A stretch of 64,000 bases of DNA from Limisphaerales bacterium (GTDB taxonomy: Bacteria > Verrucomicrobiota > Verrucomicrobiia > Limisphaerales > JAJOIW01). Below the pieces are notes generated by a model. That model was not told where the DNA came from. It made no database searches and was given only the letters and a program-made list of their open reading frames with translations. Both the position numbers and the translations under genes were made by a program. Of the stretch, positions 28,778 through 39,279 are shown piece by piece (within the stretch, counting starts at the first letter, position 1; every line of letters starts with the position of its first letter). The stretch lies in contig CBFHOE010000003.1 of assembly GCA_965657355.1 (NCBI GenBank), forward strand, positions 1 to 64,000, read 5' to 3'.

Positions 28778-29314
28778 CTAGTAACTTGATGCTACTACCG
28801 ATGAGAGTGTTCTTTTCAGAAACATTTCGTATTTCCATTTGGTGCGTTTCATCAAATAAGGGCCAAGAAAAATCCATGGTGATACTGGGGCAAAACTTAT
28901 AATGAGCGAATACCAAGACCACGTCCACCCCTTTGCAAAATCCACCCCGAAACCATGCTCCGTACCTCTACCCGCAAAATAACCGATTGAGAGCAAGCCT
29001 GTTAAAAACAAAGCGAACAAAACAATTGGCAACCAAATAAGGAGATTTCGGATATTTTTCAGCCTATCCAATTCAGCGACCACCTCTATGTCGGATCGTG
29101 TGCAAATGAATTTGAGGTTTGAGACGCCTCTCAAAGGAGAGTCTTTTTTGACGGATTTGGTTGGCGGAGGCGAAAAAGTCCATTTATTACCCGAATTATC
29201 TTCGAGAATAAAACCGTAAGATGTCATGATCTCCTTTGCAGACTCGCCGAAAGACTCGGGAGTTACCCGGCTCGACAGAGTTTTTTTAATGACGATAGTG
29301 GGTTCTGCTGGCAT
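28778..29314 (-). CDS. Hypothetical membrane protein (two C-terminal TM segments)
   Basis: 178-aa ORF filling an intergenic gap, with two hydrophobic segments. Confidence 0.55.
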   Translation of the reverse strand: MPAEPTIVIKKTLSSRVTPESFGESAKEIMTSYGFILEDNSGNKWTFSPPPTKSVKKDSPLRGVSNLKFICTRSDIEVVAELDRLKNIRNLLIWLPIVLFALFLTGLLSIGYFAGRGTEHGFGVDFAKGWTWSWYSLIISFAPVSPWIFLGPYLMKRTKWKYEMFLKRTLSSVVASSY

Positions 29315-29520
29315 GAATCAAAAAAATCTTGCGACCTTGTCCACTTTATTCTCTAAGAGAACTAAATTCACCTTATTTCTTATCCAATATTGGATGATTA
29401 CAAATGGGTTGCCCTCAAATAGAAAATAGCACCTTTAAAGTGACTCAAAATGGATTATCTGGATTTTAAATAATTGCTGTCGTATTGTTTATCCGAGCAT
29501 AGCACTAAACACAGCAACTT

Positions 29521-30555
29521 ATGTCCGCCATTGAGCCACAAATAATAGAGACGCCGCAACTTGAAGAAGATGACGCGCGTGCGATTGATCAGTTGAGAGA
29601 GACTTATTCCAAGTTGAACGTCGAATTAGGTAAGGTTATTGTCGGACAGCAGAAAGTCATAGAGCAGCTTTCCATTTGCTTGTTTGCCCGTGGGCATTCC
29701 CTTTTGATGGGTGTGCCTGGCTTAGCCAAAACCCTTTTGGTTAGTAAATTGTCCGAAACACTGTCACTTCATTTTAGTCGTATCCAATTTACTCCGGACC
29801 TGATGCCCATGGACATTACAGGTACGGAAATTATACAAGAAACATCTGCTGGCCAACGCGAATTTTCTTTTGTCAAAGGTCCTGTGTTCGCCAATATAGT
29901 TCTTGCCGATGAAATTAACCGTGCGCCTGCTAAAACGCAGGCAGCCATGCTCGAGGCAATGCAAGAGCACAAGGTCACAGTTATAGGTAAGGAGTTCAAA
30001 CTCCCACAACCATTTTTCGTTTTAGCCACCCAGAATCCAGTTGAACAAGAAGGTACTTATCCATTACCTGAAGCTCAATTAGATCGATTTATGTTCCTTA
30101 TCAATGTCGATTATCCCAGCGAGTCTGAAGAAATAGAAATCGCCCGGTCGACAACGGGTAACACTATGCCGTCTTTGGAATCATTTCTCAGTGGAGATGA
30201 AGTCATTAGGTTCCAGGAGCTGGTCAGGCGAGTGCCAGTGCCTTCTCATATATACGAATACATCGTCAGGCTCGTAAGGAAATCCCGACCATCTGATCCC
30301 TCTTCACCTGAATGGGTTCAGAAGTTTGTTTCTTGGGGTGCCGGTACCCGAGCGGTTCAAAACCTTGTTCTTGGAGCAAAATCAAGAGCTGCTCTACACG
30401 GACACTATTTTGTTGGGGAGGAAGATATACAAGCGGTAGTTGAGCCGGTCTTAAACCACCGAATCATCACTAACTTCGCAGCCCAATCGGAAGGAATGTC
30501 AGCAACCAATGTCATTAGAAAGCTGGTAGATGAAACCCCAGCCAAATTGGCTTAG
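29521..30555 (+). CDS. moxR: MoxR family AAA+ ATPase
   Basis: GVPGLAKT, RIQFTPDLMP, LADEINRAPAKTQAAMLEAMQE, ATQNPVEQEGTYPLPEAQLDRF. Confidence 0.95.
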   Translation: MSAIEPQIIETPQLEEDDARAIDQLRETYSKLNVELGKVIVGQQKVIEQLSICLFARGHSLLMGVPGLAKTLLVSKLSETLSLHFSRIQFTPDLMPMDITGTEIIQETSAGQREFSFVKGPVFANIVLADEINRAPAKTQAAMLEAMQEHKVTVIGKEFKLPQPFFVLATQNPVEQEGTYPLPEAQLDRFMFLINVDYPSESEEIEIARSTTGNTMPSLESFLSGDEVIRFQELVRRVPVPSHIYEYIVRLVRKSRPSDPSSPEWVQKFVSWGAGTRAVQNLVLGAKSRAALHGHYFVGEEDIQAVVEPVLNHRIITNFAAQSEGMSATNVIRKLVDETPAKLA

Positions 30556-30578
30556 TCAAATATCTGGTTGGATTAGAC

Positions 30579-31490
30579 ATGGCATCAGAAAAATCCCACT
30601 TAGACGGATTGATTGATTCAGAGGTAATCTCAAACCTTTCGCATTTACCTCTCTTCTCGAAACGTCCAATGCAGGGAAGTGTTTCAGGACGCCATCAAAG
30701 TCCCTTTCGCGGGTCGAGCATAGAATTTGCCGAATACAGAAAATACGTTCCAGGCGATGACACCCGCCGATTAGATTGGAGAGCTTTTGGACGCAGTGAC
30801 CGATTCTACCTCAAAGAATTCGAAGCTGATACTAATCTGCGATGCTATATCGTCATTGATGCCTCTGGCTCAATGGGGTTTGGTTCTGATGGCAAATTAT
30901 CAAAATATAAATTCGCCTCAAAACTGGCAGCTACAATGGCATATATTGCCATCGGTCAAGGTGACGCAGCTGGGCTGACAATCCTCAGAAAAGGGAAAGT
31001 AATCGAAGTGCCTCCAAAAAGAAAACCAGCACATCTCCGGTTGCTCGCTGAGAAACTCGCTGAGACAAAGCCATCCGGTGAGCCTCCATTCTCAAAAGCC
31101 CTTCACGAGCTTGCAGAGAAAGTCCCTCAGCGCGCTTTCTTTCTCTTATTATCCGACCTCTATTTTGACCCCGAATCATTAAGGGAGGCAATGGACCATC
31201 TGAGGTTTGCAAAACATGATGTGAGTTTATTTCAGGTGAGCGATCCCAATGAGGTAAATTTTTCCTTTGACCGGCCCATGCGCTTTGTTGATATGGAGGA
31301 GGGGCCCGACATGTTGACTGATCCTCAGGTTATAAAAAATGATTATCTCAATGCATTTGAATCTCACCAGAGGGAAGTGAAAAAAATTCTCTCCGAAACT
31401 ATGGTGGATTATCAACACATTACGACCGATCAAAATCTAAGCGAGATACTCTCTCGATTCCTCGCTGCTAGAGCTCCTAAGAAAGTCTGA
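30579..31490 (+). CDS. DUF58 (vWA-like) protein
   Basis: GRHQS..GSSIEFAEYRKYVPGDD.RRLDW, MIDAS-like DASGS, LSD. Confidence 0.93.
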   Translation: MASEKSHLDGLIDSEVISNLSHLPLFSKRPMQGSVSGRHQSPFRGSSIEFAEYRKYVPGDDTRRLDWRAFGRSDRFYLKEFEADTNLRCYIVIDASGSMGFGSDGKLSKYKFASKLAATMAYIAIGQGDAAGLTILRKGKVIEVPPKRKPAHLRLLAEKLAETKPSGEPPFSKALHELAEKVPQRAFFLLLSDLYFDPESLREAMDHLRFAKHDVSLFQVSDPNEVNFSFDRPMRFVDMEEGPDMLTDPQVIKNDYLNAFESHQREVKKILSETMVDYQHITTDQNLSEILSRFLAARAPKKV

Positions 31491-31493
31491 TAT

Positions 31494-33512
31494 ATGAGTT
31501 TTCTTCAACCATTTTTACTTTGGGGATTAGCGCTAGCAACCATTCCTATAATCATACACCTTATTCACCAAAGACGTTTTAGGACGCTTGATTGGGGGGC
31601 TATGTATTTCTTGCGCCAAGCCAAACAGCAAGCCAAAGGAATGGCCCGCTTGAAGCAATGGCTCATATTGGCTATGCGAACTCTGGCTCTCCTTGCATTG
31701 GCTTTTGCTATCAGTAGGCCACTTTCTGGAGGTTGGGTGGGAAAAGCAGGAGCTGGAAACCTTCCTTTAGCAATAGTGCTCTTAGATAGGTCTCCAAGTA
31801 TGGAACAGAACGTTGGTAAAGACAATAGCACAAAGCGTGAAGCGGGCTTGCGGAAAATTGTAGAAGCTTGTGAAAAGCTTAAACCTAACAGAATGGTATT
31901 GATTGAAAATATCAATATGGCGCCTTTAGAGTTTTCAGAACCATCAGATCTTTACACCCTTCCCGAAACTGGTCCTGCTGACGATAAAACACATTGGCCT
32001 TCTATGCTCCAGAAAGCCATGGAATACATATCTGTAAATAAACCTGGAAATTGCCAAATCTGGATTTGTTCTGACCTCAAAGAAAATGACTGGGATTTGA
32101 ACAATGGATTGTGGACATCAATAAAAAAAGAGTTTCCAAATATTAATGATAATATTCAGATATTACTATTACCGATGACCCAATCCAGCCCGAGCAACAT
32201 GGGTGTCCATGTTACCAATGCTAAGCGAATTATCTCGGACAAATCATCACAGGTACAGCTTGATTTCAAGATAACTCAATTTGGAGAGGAATTAAAAGAT
32301 GCAGAGATTCCCATTGATATAAATGTTAATGGCAGTACCTCGCGCTCTAAAATTCAAGTGACTGGTCGAGAGTCTGTTATCGAAGGCTTTGCTGTTGATA
32401 TCGACCCAGGTCAAACGAACGGTTGGGGCTGGGTGAAGATACCATCGGATAATTTGGCATCCGACGACTCAAGTTACTTTTCATATTCTCCATTCAAAAC
32501 GTCCAAGACGCTTTTAACTAACAAAAATGCTGATTCCAATGGCCCACTCGTATGGATCAGCGAATCCTCACCAGACGGCTCGGCTGAAAATTTTGTTCAA
32601 GTCACAACCATACAAGATTTTTCATCTCTTAACATAAATGACGTGAGCTTGATAATTTGGGATAACCCAATTCCAGAAGATTCTGAAATCAAAAATAAAT
32701 TACTTCAATACGTGGGTGACGGTGGGCAGCTTCTAGTCATTGCCTCTGAAGTAGATACGGATGCTAAAATAGCTGGGGTGTCATTTTCCGATATTATCTC
32801 TGCTCCTCAAGAAGAGTTTTTTAAAATTGATAATTGGAAGACAGAGGAAGATTTGCTCGCACGCTCCTTTGATGGAATCCCTCTACCTGTCGGCGAACTA
32901 AAGATAAAACAATATAGAAAATTGGAGCACGCCGGTCAGCTTCCTATCTCCTTAGCTCGGTTTGAAACTGGAGCGCCTCTTCTTTCGAAAATTAACGTTA
33001 ACAATGGATTCATCTATTTTCTCACAACCCATTTAAATTCGGCATGGAGCGATCTAGGGTCCAATGGAATCGTTCTTTACGTCATGGTCCAAAGGGCGCT
33101 CGCCCAAGGTGTCGCCGCTAAGAAAGGGCAAAATTTTCGCGAAGCCGGTGAAGCTAAACAGTCGGTCGCATCACAATGGATAAGAATCGCCGGAAATAAG
33201 GAAGCTCCATCAACCGAGAACGCTTCGATCGCCGGGGTATATAAACTTTCAAATGGAGAATTCCTTGCCGTAAACCGAAGTCTAACAGAGGTGTCCAGCC
33301 CGGCATTGTCCATTGATTCGGTGAAGGAAGGATTTGGAGAATTGCCTCTCCAAGTTATTGGTTCAGGAGCGGAAGAAGCTGAATCTGGCATTGTTCAGGA
33401 AGTCTGGCGATTATTCCTCCTTCTCATGGTGGCTGCATTGATGCTCGAGGCGTTTTTTAGTTTGCCTACAAAACGTAATGATAGTTCGAATTTTCCCGGG
33501 AGGGCTGCATAA
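31494..33512 (+). CDS. BatA-type N-terminal double-TM domain + vWA protein with C-terminal TM anchor
   Basis: MSFLQP..PIIIHLI..W.AMYFL..LLALAFAISRP; MIDAS-like DRSPS; C-terminal EVWRLFLLLMVAALMLE. Confidence 0.88.
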   Translation: MSFLQPFLLWGLALATIPIIIHLIHQRRFRTLDWGAMYFLRQAKQQAKGMARLKQWLILAMRTLALLALAFAISRPLSGGWVGKAGAGNLPLAIVLLDRSPSMEQNVGKDNSTKREAGLRKIVEACEKLKPNRMVLIENINMAPLEFSEPSDLYTLPETGPADDKTHWPSMLQKAMEYISVNKPGNCQIWICSDLKENDWDLNNGLWTSIKKEFPNINDNIQILLLPMTQSSPSNMGVHVTNAKRIISDKSSQVQLDFKITQFGEELKDAEIPIDINVNGSTSRSKIQVTGRESVIEGFAVDIDPGQTNGWGWVKIPSDNLASDDSSYFSYSPFKTSKTLLTNKNADSNGPLVWISESSPDGSAENFVQVTTIQDFSSLNINDVSLIIWDNPIPEDSEIKNKLLQYVGDGGQLLVIASEVDTDAKIAGVSFSDIISAPQEEFFKIDNWKTEEDLLARSFDGIPLPVGELKIKQYRKLEHAGQLPISLARFETGAPLLSKINVNNGFIYFLTTHLNSAWSDLGSNGIVLYVMVQRALAQGVAAKKGQNFREAGEAKQSVASQWIRIAGNKEAPSTENASIAGVYKLSNGEFLAVNRSLTEVSSPALSIDSVKEGFGELPLQVIGSGAEEAESGIVQEVWRLFLLLMVAALMLEAFFSLPTKRNDSSNFPGRAA

Positions 33513-35701
33513 TGCAAAGCCTAACTTGGAATGGAAATGAAATTGCCCTTTGGGTTTCCGTTTTGATAGTCCCTATAACTATCGCACTGGCTCTTTGGAA
33601 TTGGAGAGCTCATGGAAGTAAAAAATTTCATGGGCTATTAGAAATTTTTAGAGTTTTGCTTGTCTTGCTCGTAATACTTATTTTTTGGCAACCTGAATGG
33701 GTAGAGGAGTCCGCGAATCAGAGGGATCCCGTAATTGCAGTGATAAGTGATTATTCTTCAAGCATGGAGACCAGAGATACTGAGATTCCAGATCAAGAAG
33801 GATTAACGACAAGAGCACAAGTAAGGAATATAATAAATGATACAAACAAATGGTCGGGTTTGGGTGAGAATGTAAAGGTTGTCTATTCAACTTTTGGGGA
33901 AGCTCAATTGGGAAAACCGAGTCGGTCGAATTTATACACTCCTATCAAATCTGCAATCGAGGGTAACCCGGGAATCAAAGGAGTTTTTGTAATATCTGAT
34001 GGAGATTGGAATACAGGGCCACCACCATCACAACTCGCTTCGATGTCACGGCTCGCCAACGTGCCTATTTTTTCCTTTCCATTGGGAACGGAGGAACGCT
34101 TACCTGATATACGAATAACTGAGGTTGCTATCCCTAGCTACGGCGTGACAGGAAAGGCATTGCGGATACCCGTCTCTCTCAGGAGCTCACTTGCTCAAAC
34201 TTTTCCAGCGACCGTAAAGGTGCGATTGTCCAACGGGGATCGCATGGAAAAAACTGTCGCCATACCTGCCAAAAATAAAGCTGAGGTTGTCTTTGAATGG
34301 AAACCAAAGGAGCCGGGGGATTACTCTATAGATGTTGAAGTGAACGCGCATCCAAATGAGGCCATTCTCGAAAATAATAAATTTACAAACCAGTTCCAGG
34401 TCCAAGACGAAAGCATTCAGGTGTTAGTTGTGGATTCTGTGCCTCGCTGGGAGTATCGATACCTGAGAAATGCTCTTTCACGAGATCCGGGGATTGAACT
34501 ATCGTGCTTGCTTTATCACCCCGGGCTTACAAAAAGAGGTGGCGGGGATGAAAATTATATCAAGAGTTTTCCAGAATCCCTCAATGAACTTTCTAGGTAT
34601 GACGTCATTATACTTGGTGATGTGGGTGTCACTGTTGATCAGCTCACAGACGAGGACTGTAGGCAAATAAAAGGTGTGGTTGAGAACCAAGCGGCAGGTC
34701 TCATTTTAATTCCTGGGTTTGAAGGAAATGAGTTGAGCCTTGTTGATACGGAGTTGGAGCCTTTGATCCCAATTCAATTCGACCTCAATCAGCCGCGAGG
34801 GTGGGGGAGCAGGGATCCTGAGCATTTCACGCTTTCCCGTGAAGGAAGAAAGAGTTTATTAACTCGTCTAGGGGATACTGAAGAAGAGAATCTTACGATA
34901 TGGGAGGATCTTCCAGGGTTTAATTGGTATGCACCCATATTGAGAGCGAAAGTTGGATCACAGGTTTTAGCTACCCACCAAAATGTTAGCAACGAAAACG
35001 GTCTCATCCCATTGCTTGTCACTAAAACTCAAGGCCAAGGAAAGGTTTTATTCATGGGAACCGACAGCGCTTGGAAGTGGAGAGAAGGAGTCGAAGATCA
35101 ATATCATTATAGATTTTGGGGCCAAGTCATTCGTTGGATGGCTTACCAAAGAAATATGGCTGAAGGGCAGACTCTCCGGCTTTTCTTTTTTCCCGAAAGA
35201 CCGCAGGTCAGAAATACGGTCAAGCTCAATGTCAATGCCATGATGCCATCAGGTGAGCCCCTTCAGGCTGGCGATATCCGAGCCCGACTGACATCACCAA
35301 CTGGCAAGACACAATCACTAAAACTATCCAATAATGGTGAGGAATGGGGGTTGTACGAAGGCTCCTGGACACCAGATGAATCTGGTTCTTATAACATCAG
35401 GATAGAGTCCAGAGATACCGGGGATATTCTTGAATATGAAATTCCCGTTGAGGGTCTTCCATTGGAAGTGGTTGGCGAACCAGCTCGCCTCGATGTTTTG
35501 GAAGAGTTATCACGCCTCACCAATGGAAAAGTGCTGAGTCCTGAACAGGCAGATAATACTGCCGGCCTATTAAACCTTTTACCAGCCTCAGAACCTTTGG
35601 TTAAAAGAATTGCCATCTGGAGTCATCCAGCAACGCTTGCTGCTCTGGTAATTTTATTCGCCATTTTTTGGATTTTAAGGAAAAAGGCAGGCTTAATTTA
35701 A
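33512..35701 (+). CDS. Membrane-anchored vWA + Ig-like + class I GATase-like domain protein
   Basis: N-terminal TM segments, DYSSS and ISDG, VLVVDSVPRWEYRYL, YDVIILGDV, GQGKV..TDSAWKWR, C-terminal TM WILRKKAGL. Confidence 0.82.
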   Translation: MQSLTWNGNEIALWVSVLIVPITIALALWNWRAHGSKKFHGLLEIFRVLLVLLVILIFWQPEWVEESANQRDPVIAVISDYSSSMETRDTEIPDQEGLTTRAQVRNIINDTNKWSGLGENVKVVYSTFGEAQLGKPSRSNLYTPIKSAIEGNPGIKGVFVISDGDWNTGPPPSQLASMSRLANVPIFSFPLGTEERLPDIRITEVAIPSYGVTGKALRIPVSLRSSLAQTFPATVKVRLSNGDRMEKTVAIPAKNKAEVVFEWKPKEPGDYSIDVEVNAHPNEAILENNKFTNQFQVQDESIQVLVVDSVPRWEYRYLRNALSRDPGIELSCLLYHPGLTKRGGGDENYIKSFPESLNELSRYDVIILGDVGVTVDQLTDEDCRQIKGVVENQAAGLILIPGFEGNELSLVDTELEPLIPIQFDLNQPRGWGSRDPEHFTLSREGRKSLLTRLGDTEEENLTIWEDLPGFNWYAPILRAKVGSQVLATHQNVSNENGLIPLLVTKTQGQGKVLFMGTDSAWKWREGVEDQYHYRFWGQVIRWMAYQRNMAEGQTLRLFFFPERPQVRNTVKLNVNAMMPSGEPLQAGDIRARLTSPTGKTQSLKLSNNGEEWGLYEGSWTPDESGSYNIRIESRDTGDILEYEIPVEGLPLEVVGEPARLDVLEELSRLTNGKVLSPEQADNTAGLLNLLPASEPLVKRIAIWSHPATLAALVILFAIFWILRKKAGLI

Positions 35702-35768
35702 TGAAATTTGTTTATTTATGGCGGTTTTTAGAGTAGTTTTCTGCTAGTCGCCTCTACAGGAGCAATAA

Positions 35769-38700
35769 ATGGATCCTTCAACAAAACTACTGCGTGAGCG
35801 CCTGCCTTCGGCTCTCATAGAAAAATTAGAAACTTTTAGAACCAATGTCCGTCGAATCAAACGGAATGAATCTATACTCCTTGGGTTTTCATGCACTCTC
35901 TTGTGGTTTCTTTTGGCATTCTCAATCGATAGATTCTTTGACGCTTCGGCCATATTCAGGGTAGCGGGCATACTCACTCTAGCTGGGGCCATCGGTCTCA
36001 TCGTTTGGAACTATTTGTCAAAAACAGTCTTGTCCACCCAAGAGTGGGCTGGATTAGCGCGTTTAATCGAAAAGAGATTTCCAGGCCCCGGGGACAGACT
36101 GCTAGGTATATTGGAAATTGGGTCTGACGACAGCGAGTGGACCCGGTCAAAAACTTTGTCTCAAGCTGCTATCAGCCAAGTCGCTGCCGAACTTCACGTG
36201 ACTGATTTTGATCAGGCTCTTCCGAAGCCCAGGTTGCAATCTCTTAGCATGATGGTTTTTGGTATGACTGCTATTATCCTTGGACTTGCATTTGTCATTC
36301 CTCAGCCCGTTGGCAATGCCGCTGCCAGGTGGGCAGCCCCTTGGTTGGACGTCGATCGGTACACATTTGCCCAACCCGAAAATTTGGAACCTCGAGTTTA
36401 CGTCGGACGTGGAGAAGATTATTCCATCGAAATTCCAATGAAGGAGACCAGCCCGTGGATTCCTTCCTCAGCTCGAGTAAAGCCTCAGGGACGAGATTCA
36501 TTCAAAACTCAATTAGATACCTCTGGTAAACTCTACAAATTTGATATTCCAGCCCATTCCGACCTGAGAAATCTCGAGGTTAAAATTGGTGATTACAAGC
36601 TGAGACTGATGGTGGATCCCAAGGAGAGAAGCAGTATCGAGTCGGCCCTCGCGAATATTAAACTCCCTGAATACCTGAAAAGGTCACAAAACATAGAAAA
36701 AGATATCAGAGCTGGTTTGCTCACAATGGTGAAAGGTAGCTCTGCCGATTTGTCTATTGTGGTTGATAGAGAGCTTTCAAAAGTAAATGTTCAGCCAGGT
36801 CAATTTACTTTTATGAAAAACCTCATCGAGGTCTCTATAAACCGACAAGACTCAATTAAAGGCGATTCCAGATCTATTAAATGGGTCGACAAATTTGGTT
36901 TGGCCGGACTTTCTGATTTTGGACTCAAGGTAAAAATTGTGGAAGATGAGAAACCCGGGCTAGTCATTGAGGATCTTCCGCGAAGTAAAGTCCTTCTTGA
37001 ATCCGATACACTAGATTTTAAAGCACAGGTTAATGACGACTTTGGTATCAAGGAAGTTGGTATGGAATGGACTGGCGAAGGAGACCCTGAACAAGACTCA
37101 AAACCAACAACTGGGGAAAAATTACTTGCCTCATTCGCCCCCGATGACCCCGCATTACAGCTCATAGGGACATTCTCTGCCAAAGATCTGGGAATAAATC
37201 CTCAGCCTTTGAAAGTAAAATTTTTTGTCTCAGATTTTTATCCCGATCGCGAAAGAGTTTATTCGCCTGAATATCTTTTTTACGTATTGAATGAAGATCA
37301 GCATTTGCAATGGATAACTCGACGAATGACGAGGTGGCAACAAGATGCCCTCTTGGTGAAATCTAAGGAAGAACAGCTCCATAAAACTAATAAAGAGCTT
37401 CGTGACTTAACTTCCGAAGAATTGAATAACGAAGAAACCAGAAGAAAGATAAAGGCTCAGGCGTCTGCCGAAAAGGCAAACGGTAGAAGGCTTTCCGGTC
37501 TTTCCAAGTCTGGTGAAAATCTTATTCGTGAAGCCGCCAAGAATTCCCAATTTGGACCTGGAACATTAGAAAATTGGGCCGAGGTTCTCAATGTGCTGAA
37601 AGATATCAGCGGGAATCGTATGCCGTCTGTTGAGGGGTTGCTCAAAGAGGCTGCTGCCCAGCCAATGATGGCTCAGTCCTCTTCGCTCTCGGGAGCAAGC
37701 TCATCCGAAAACAATGTCAAAAACTCTCAAAATGACCAAGACAGAGCCAATGATTCTGGTGGGAGTGAGAACAAAAGTGAAGGTGGCCCCATGATTGGTC
37801 AAAATAGAAATAACTCCGGGGGAAACAGTGGGGATCAGGGCAAAAAAGAGGATCAAGATAATGAGGATCCAAATAAATCTAAAATCCCCGCTTTAGTGGA
37901 TAAGGAGAGCTCATTGCAACCTGAAGACCCCGATAGCGAGGAAGAGCAAAAAACAGCACAAACAAAACCCTCAGGAAATGGAAAATTTGGATTGCCCTCG
38001 ACAACTCTACAGGATTTTTCGAAATCACAAGATACGCCCCCGCCTCCTCCATCTGAAAAAATGGAGGATGCTGTGATAGAACAGGAGGACCTCCTTGCGG
38101 AGTTCAATAAAGTTAGTGAAGAGATGAACCGTATCCTAGCGGACTTGGAAGGCTCCACATTTGTAAAAAGACTAAAAGCAGCTTCAAGAGCCCAGACTCA
38201 GATGGCAAGGACACTAGGCGAGCAGGTGGCGGATTCCTTTGGGCTTAGTTCAGTTCGGCAGAATGATTCCTCAAAGACTGTCTTCAATGAACTCAAAGAA
38301 CAAGATAGGCTGAATCTCTTACGTCTAGATGAAATCCAACAGGATATGGAGGCTTACTACCAAAGAAAACAGTTTACAAAATTTAAGAATGTCCTGAACG
38401 AAATGGAAGAAATGGACCCCTTCACAGGATTAGATACAAAATCAGAGATTATGGATGAAGAGGTCGGTTGGAGCTTCACCATGACAGAATACTGGGCAGA
38501 CACCTTTGATAGGTGGGCGGAGGATTTAGTCGACCCTGCTTCCGGCGGGACATGCCCAGGCAGCAAATCAAGCGGCAGTTTGCCGCCGTCCATTGTTCTT
38601 GAAATTATGAAGCTTCTCGAAGGCGAAATTGACCTCCGAAATGAAACGCGTGTTGCTGATCAAAATAGACCCGGTCAAAAATCTGAAGAATATAAAAATG

Positions 38701-39167
38701 CAGCGACTTCACTTGCAGATAATCAAGGTGCTCTTCGTGACACAGCTGAGGAAGTTACCCAAGCTATTCGTGAGCTTCCTAAATCCGAAGAATATTTTGC
38801 AAATGAAATTCAATTGATGAGTGCTGCTTCAGTTCTGATGACTGAGGCGGAAGAAACTTTGGCTGAACCCGAAACTGGAGCTAGGGCCATTGCCGTTGAG
38901 ACAGAAATTATAGAGCTTTTGCTGCAGGCGAAAAGGTCGAAGTCAAGCGGCGGTGGTGGTGGCGGCGCTAACCCCGGCGGTGGCGGCTCTGGTGAAACAG
39001 AAGTTCCCGCTATCGCCCTCATTGGGTCGGGAGTTGATGCCGAAGGCCGACCAGATGACAATGAGGTTCAACAATCTACAGGAACAGCAGGCCCTCAATT
39101 CCCAGAAGAGTTTAAGCGCGGCCTGGATACCTACTTTGAAAAATTTGAGCAAAATAGGAAAAACTAA
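35769..39167 (+). CDS. Large membrane-anchored Ig-like/coiled-coil protein (DUF4175-like)
   Basis: Three N-terminal TM segments, ARLIEKRFP..DRLL, DDFGI, long helical region, Gly-rich segment and terminal FPEEFKRGLDTYF. Confidence 0.75.
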   Translation: MDPSTKLLRERLPSALIEKLETFRTNVRRIKRNESILLGFSCTLLWFLLAFSIDRFFDASAIFRVAGILTLAGAIGLIVWNYLSKTVLSTQEWAGLARLIEKRFPGPGDRLLGILEIGSDDSEWTRSKTLSQAAISQVAAELHVTDFDQALPKPRLQSLSMMVFGMTAIILGLAFVIPQPVGNAAARWAAPWLDVDRYTFAQPENLEPRVYVGRGEDYSIEIPMKETSPWIPSSARVKPQGRDSFKTQLDTSGKLYKFDIPAHSDLRNLEVKIGDYKLRLMVDPKERSSIESALANIKLPEYLKRSQNIEKDIRAGLLTMVKGSSADLSIVVDRELSKVNVQPGQFTFMKNLIEVSINRQDSIKGDSRSIKWVDKFGLAGLSDFGLKVKIVEDEKPGLVIEDLPRSKVLLESDTLDFKAQVNDDFGIKEVGMEWTGEGDPEQDSKPTTGEKLLASFAPDDPALQLIGTFSAKDLGINPQPLKVKFFVSDFYPDRERVYSPEYLFYVLNEDQHLQWITRRMTRWQQDALLVKSKEEQLHKTNKELRDLTSEELNNEETRRKIKAQASAEKANGRRLSGLSKSGENLIREAAKNSQFGPGTLENWAEVLNVLKDISGNRMPSVEGLLKEAAAQPMMAQSSSLSGASSSENNVKNSQNDQDRANDSGGSENKSEGGPMIGQNRNNSGGNSGDQGKKEDQDNEDPNKSKIPALVDKESSLQPEDPDSEEEQKTAQTKPSGNGKFGLPSTTLQDFSKSQDTPPPPPSEKMEDAVIEQEDLLAEFNKVSEEMNRILADLEGSTFVKRLKAASRAQTQMARTLGEQVADSFGLSSVRQNDSSKTVFNELKEQDRLNLLRLDEIQQDMEAYYQRKQFTKFKNVLNEMEEMDPFTGLDTKSEIMDEEVGWSFTMTEYWADTFDRWAEDLVDPASGGTCPGSKSSGSLPPSIVLEIMKLLEGEIDLRNETRVADQNRPGQKSEEYKNAATSLADNQGALRDTAEEVTQAIRELPKSEEYFANEIQLMSAASVLMTEAEETLAEPETGARAIAVETEIIELLLQAKRSKSSGGGGGGANPGGGGSGETEVPAIALIGSGVDAEGRPDDNEVQQSTGTAGPQFPEEFKRGLDTYFEKFEQNRKN

Positions 39168-39279
39168 AATTTATCATATGACTTTGCGAATGGAGCCTTG
39201 TCTGATTTGATTTCATATTTTCTGCATTATTTGTTCTACCCATAATCACATATAAGTTCTTTAAATAAAGGAAACCAGC

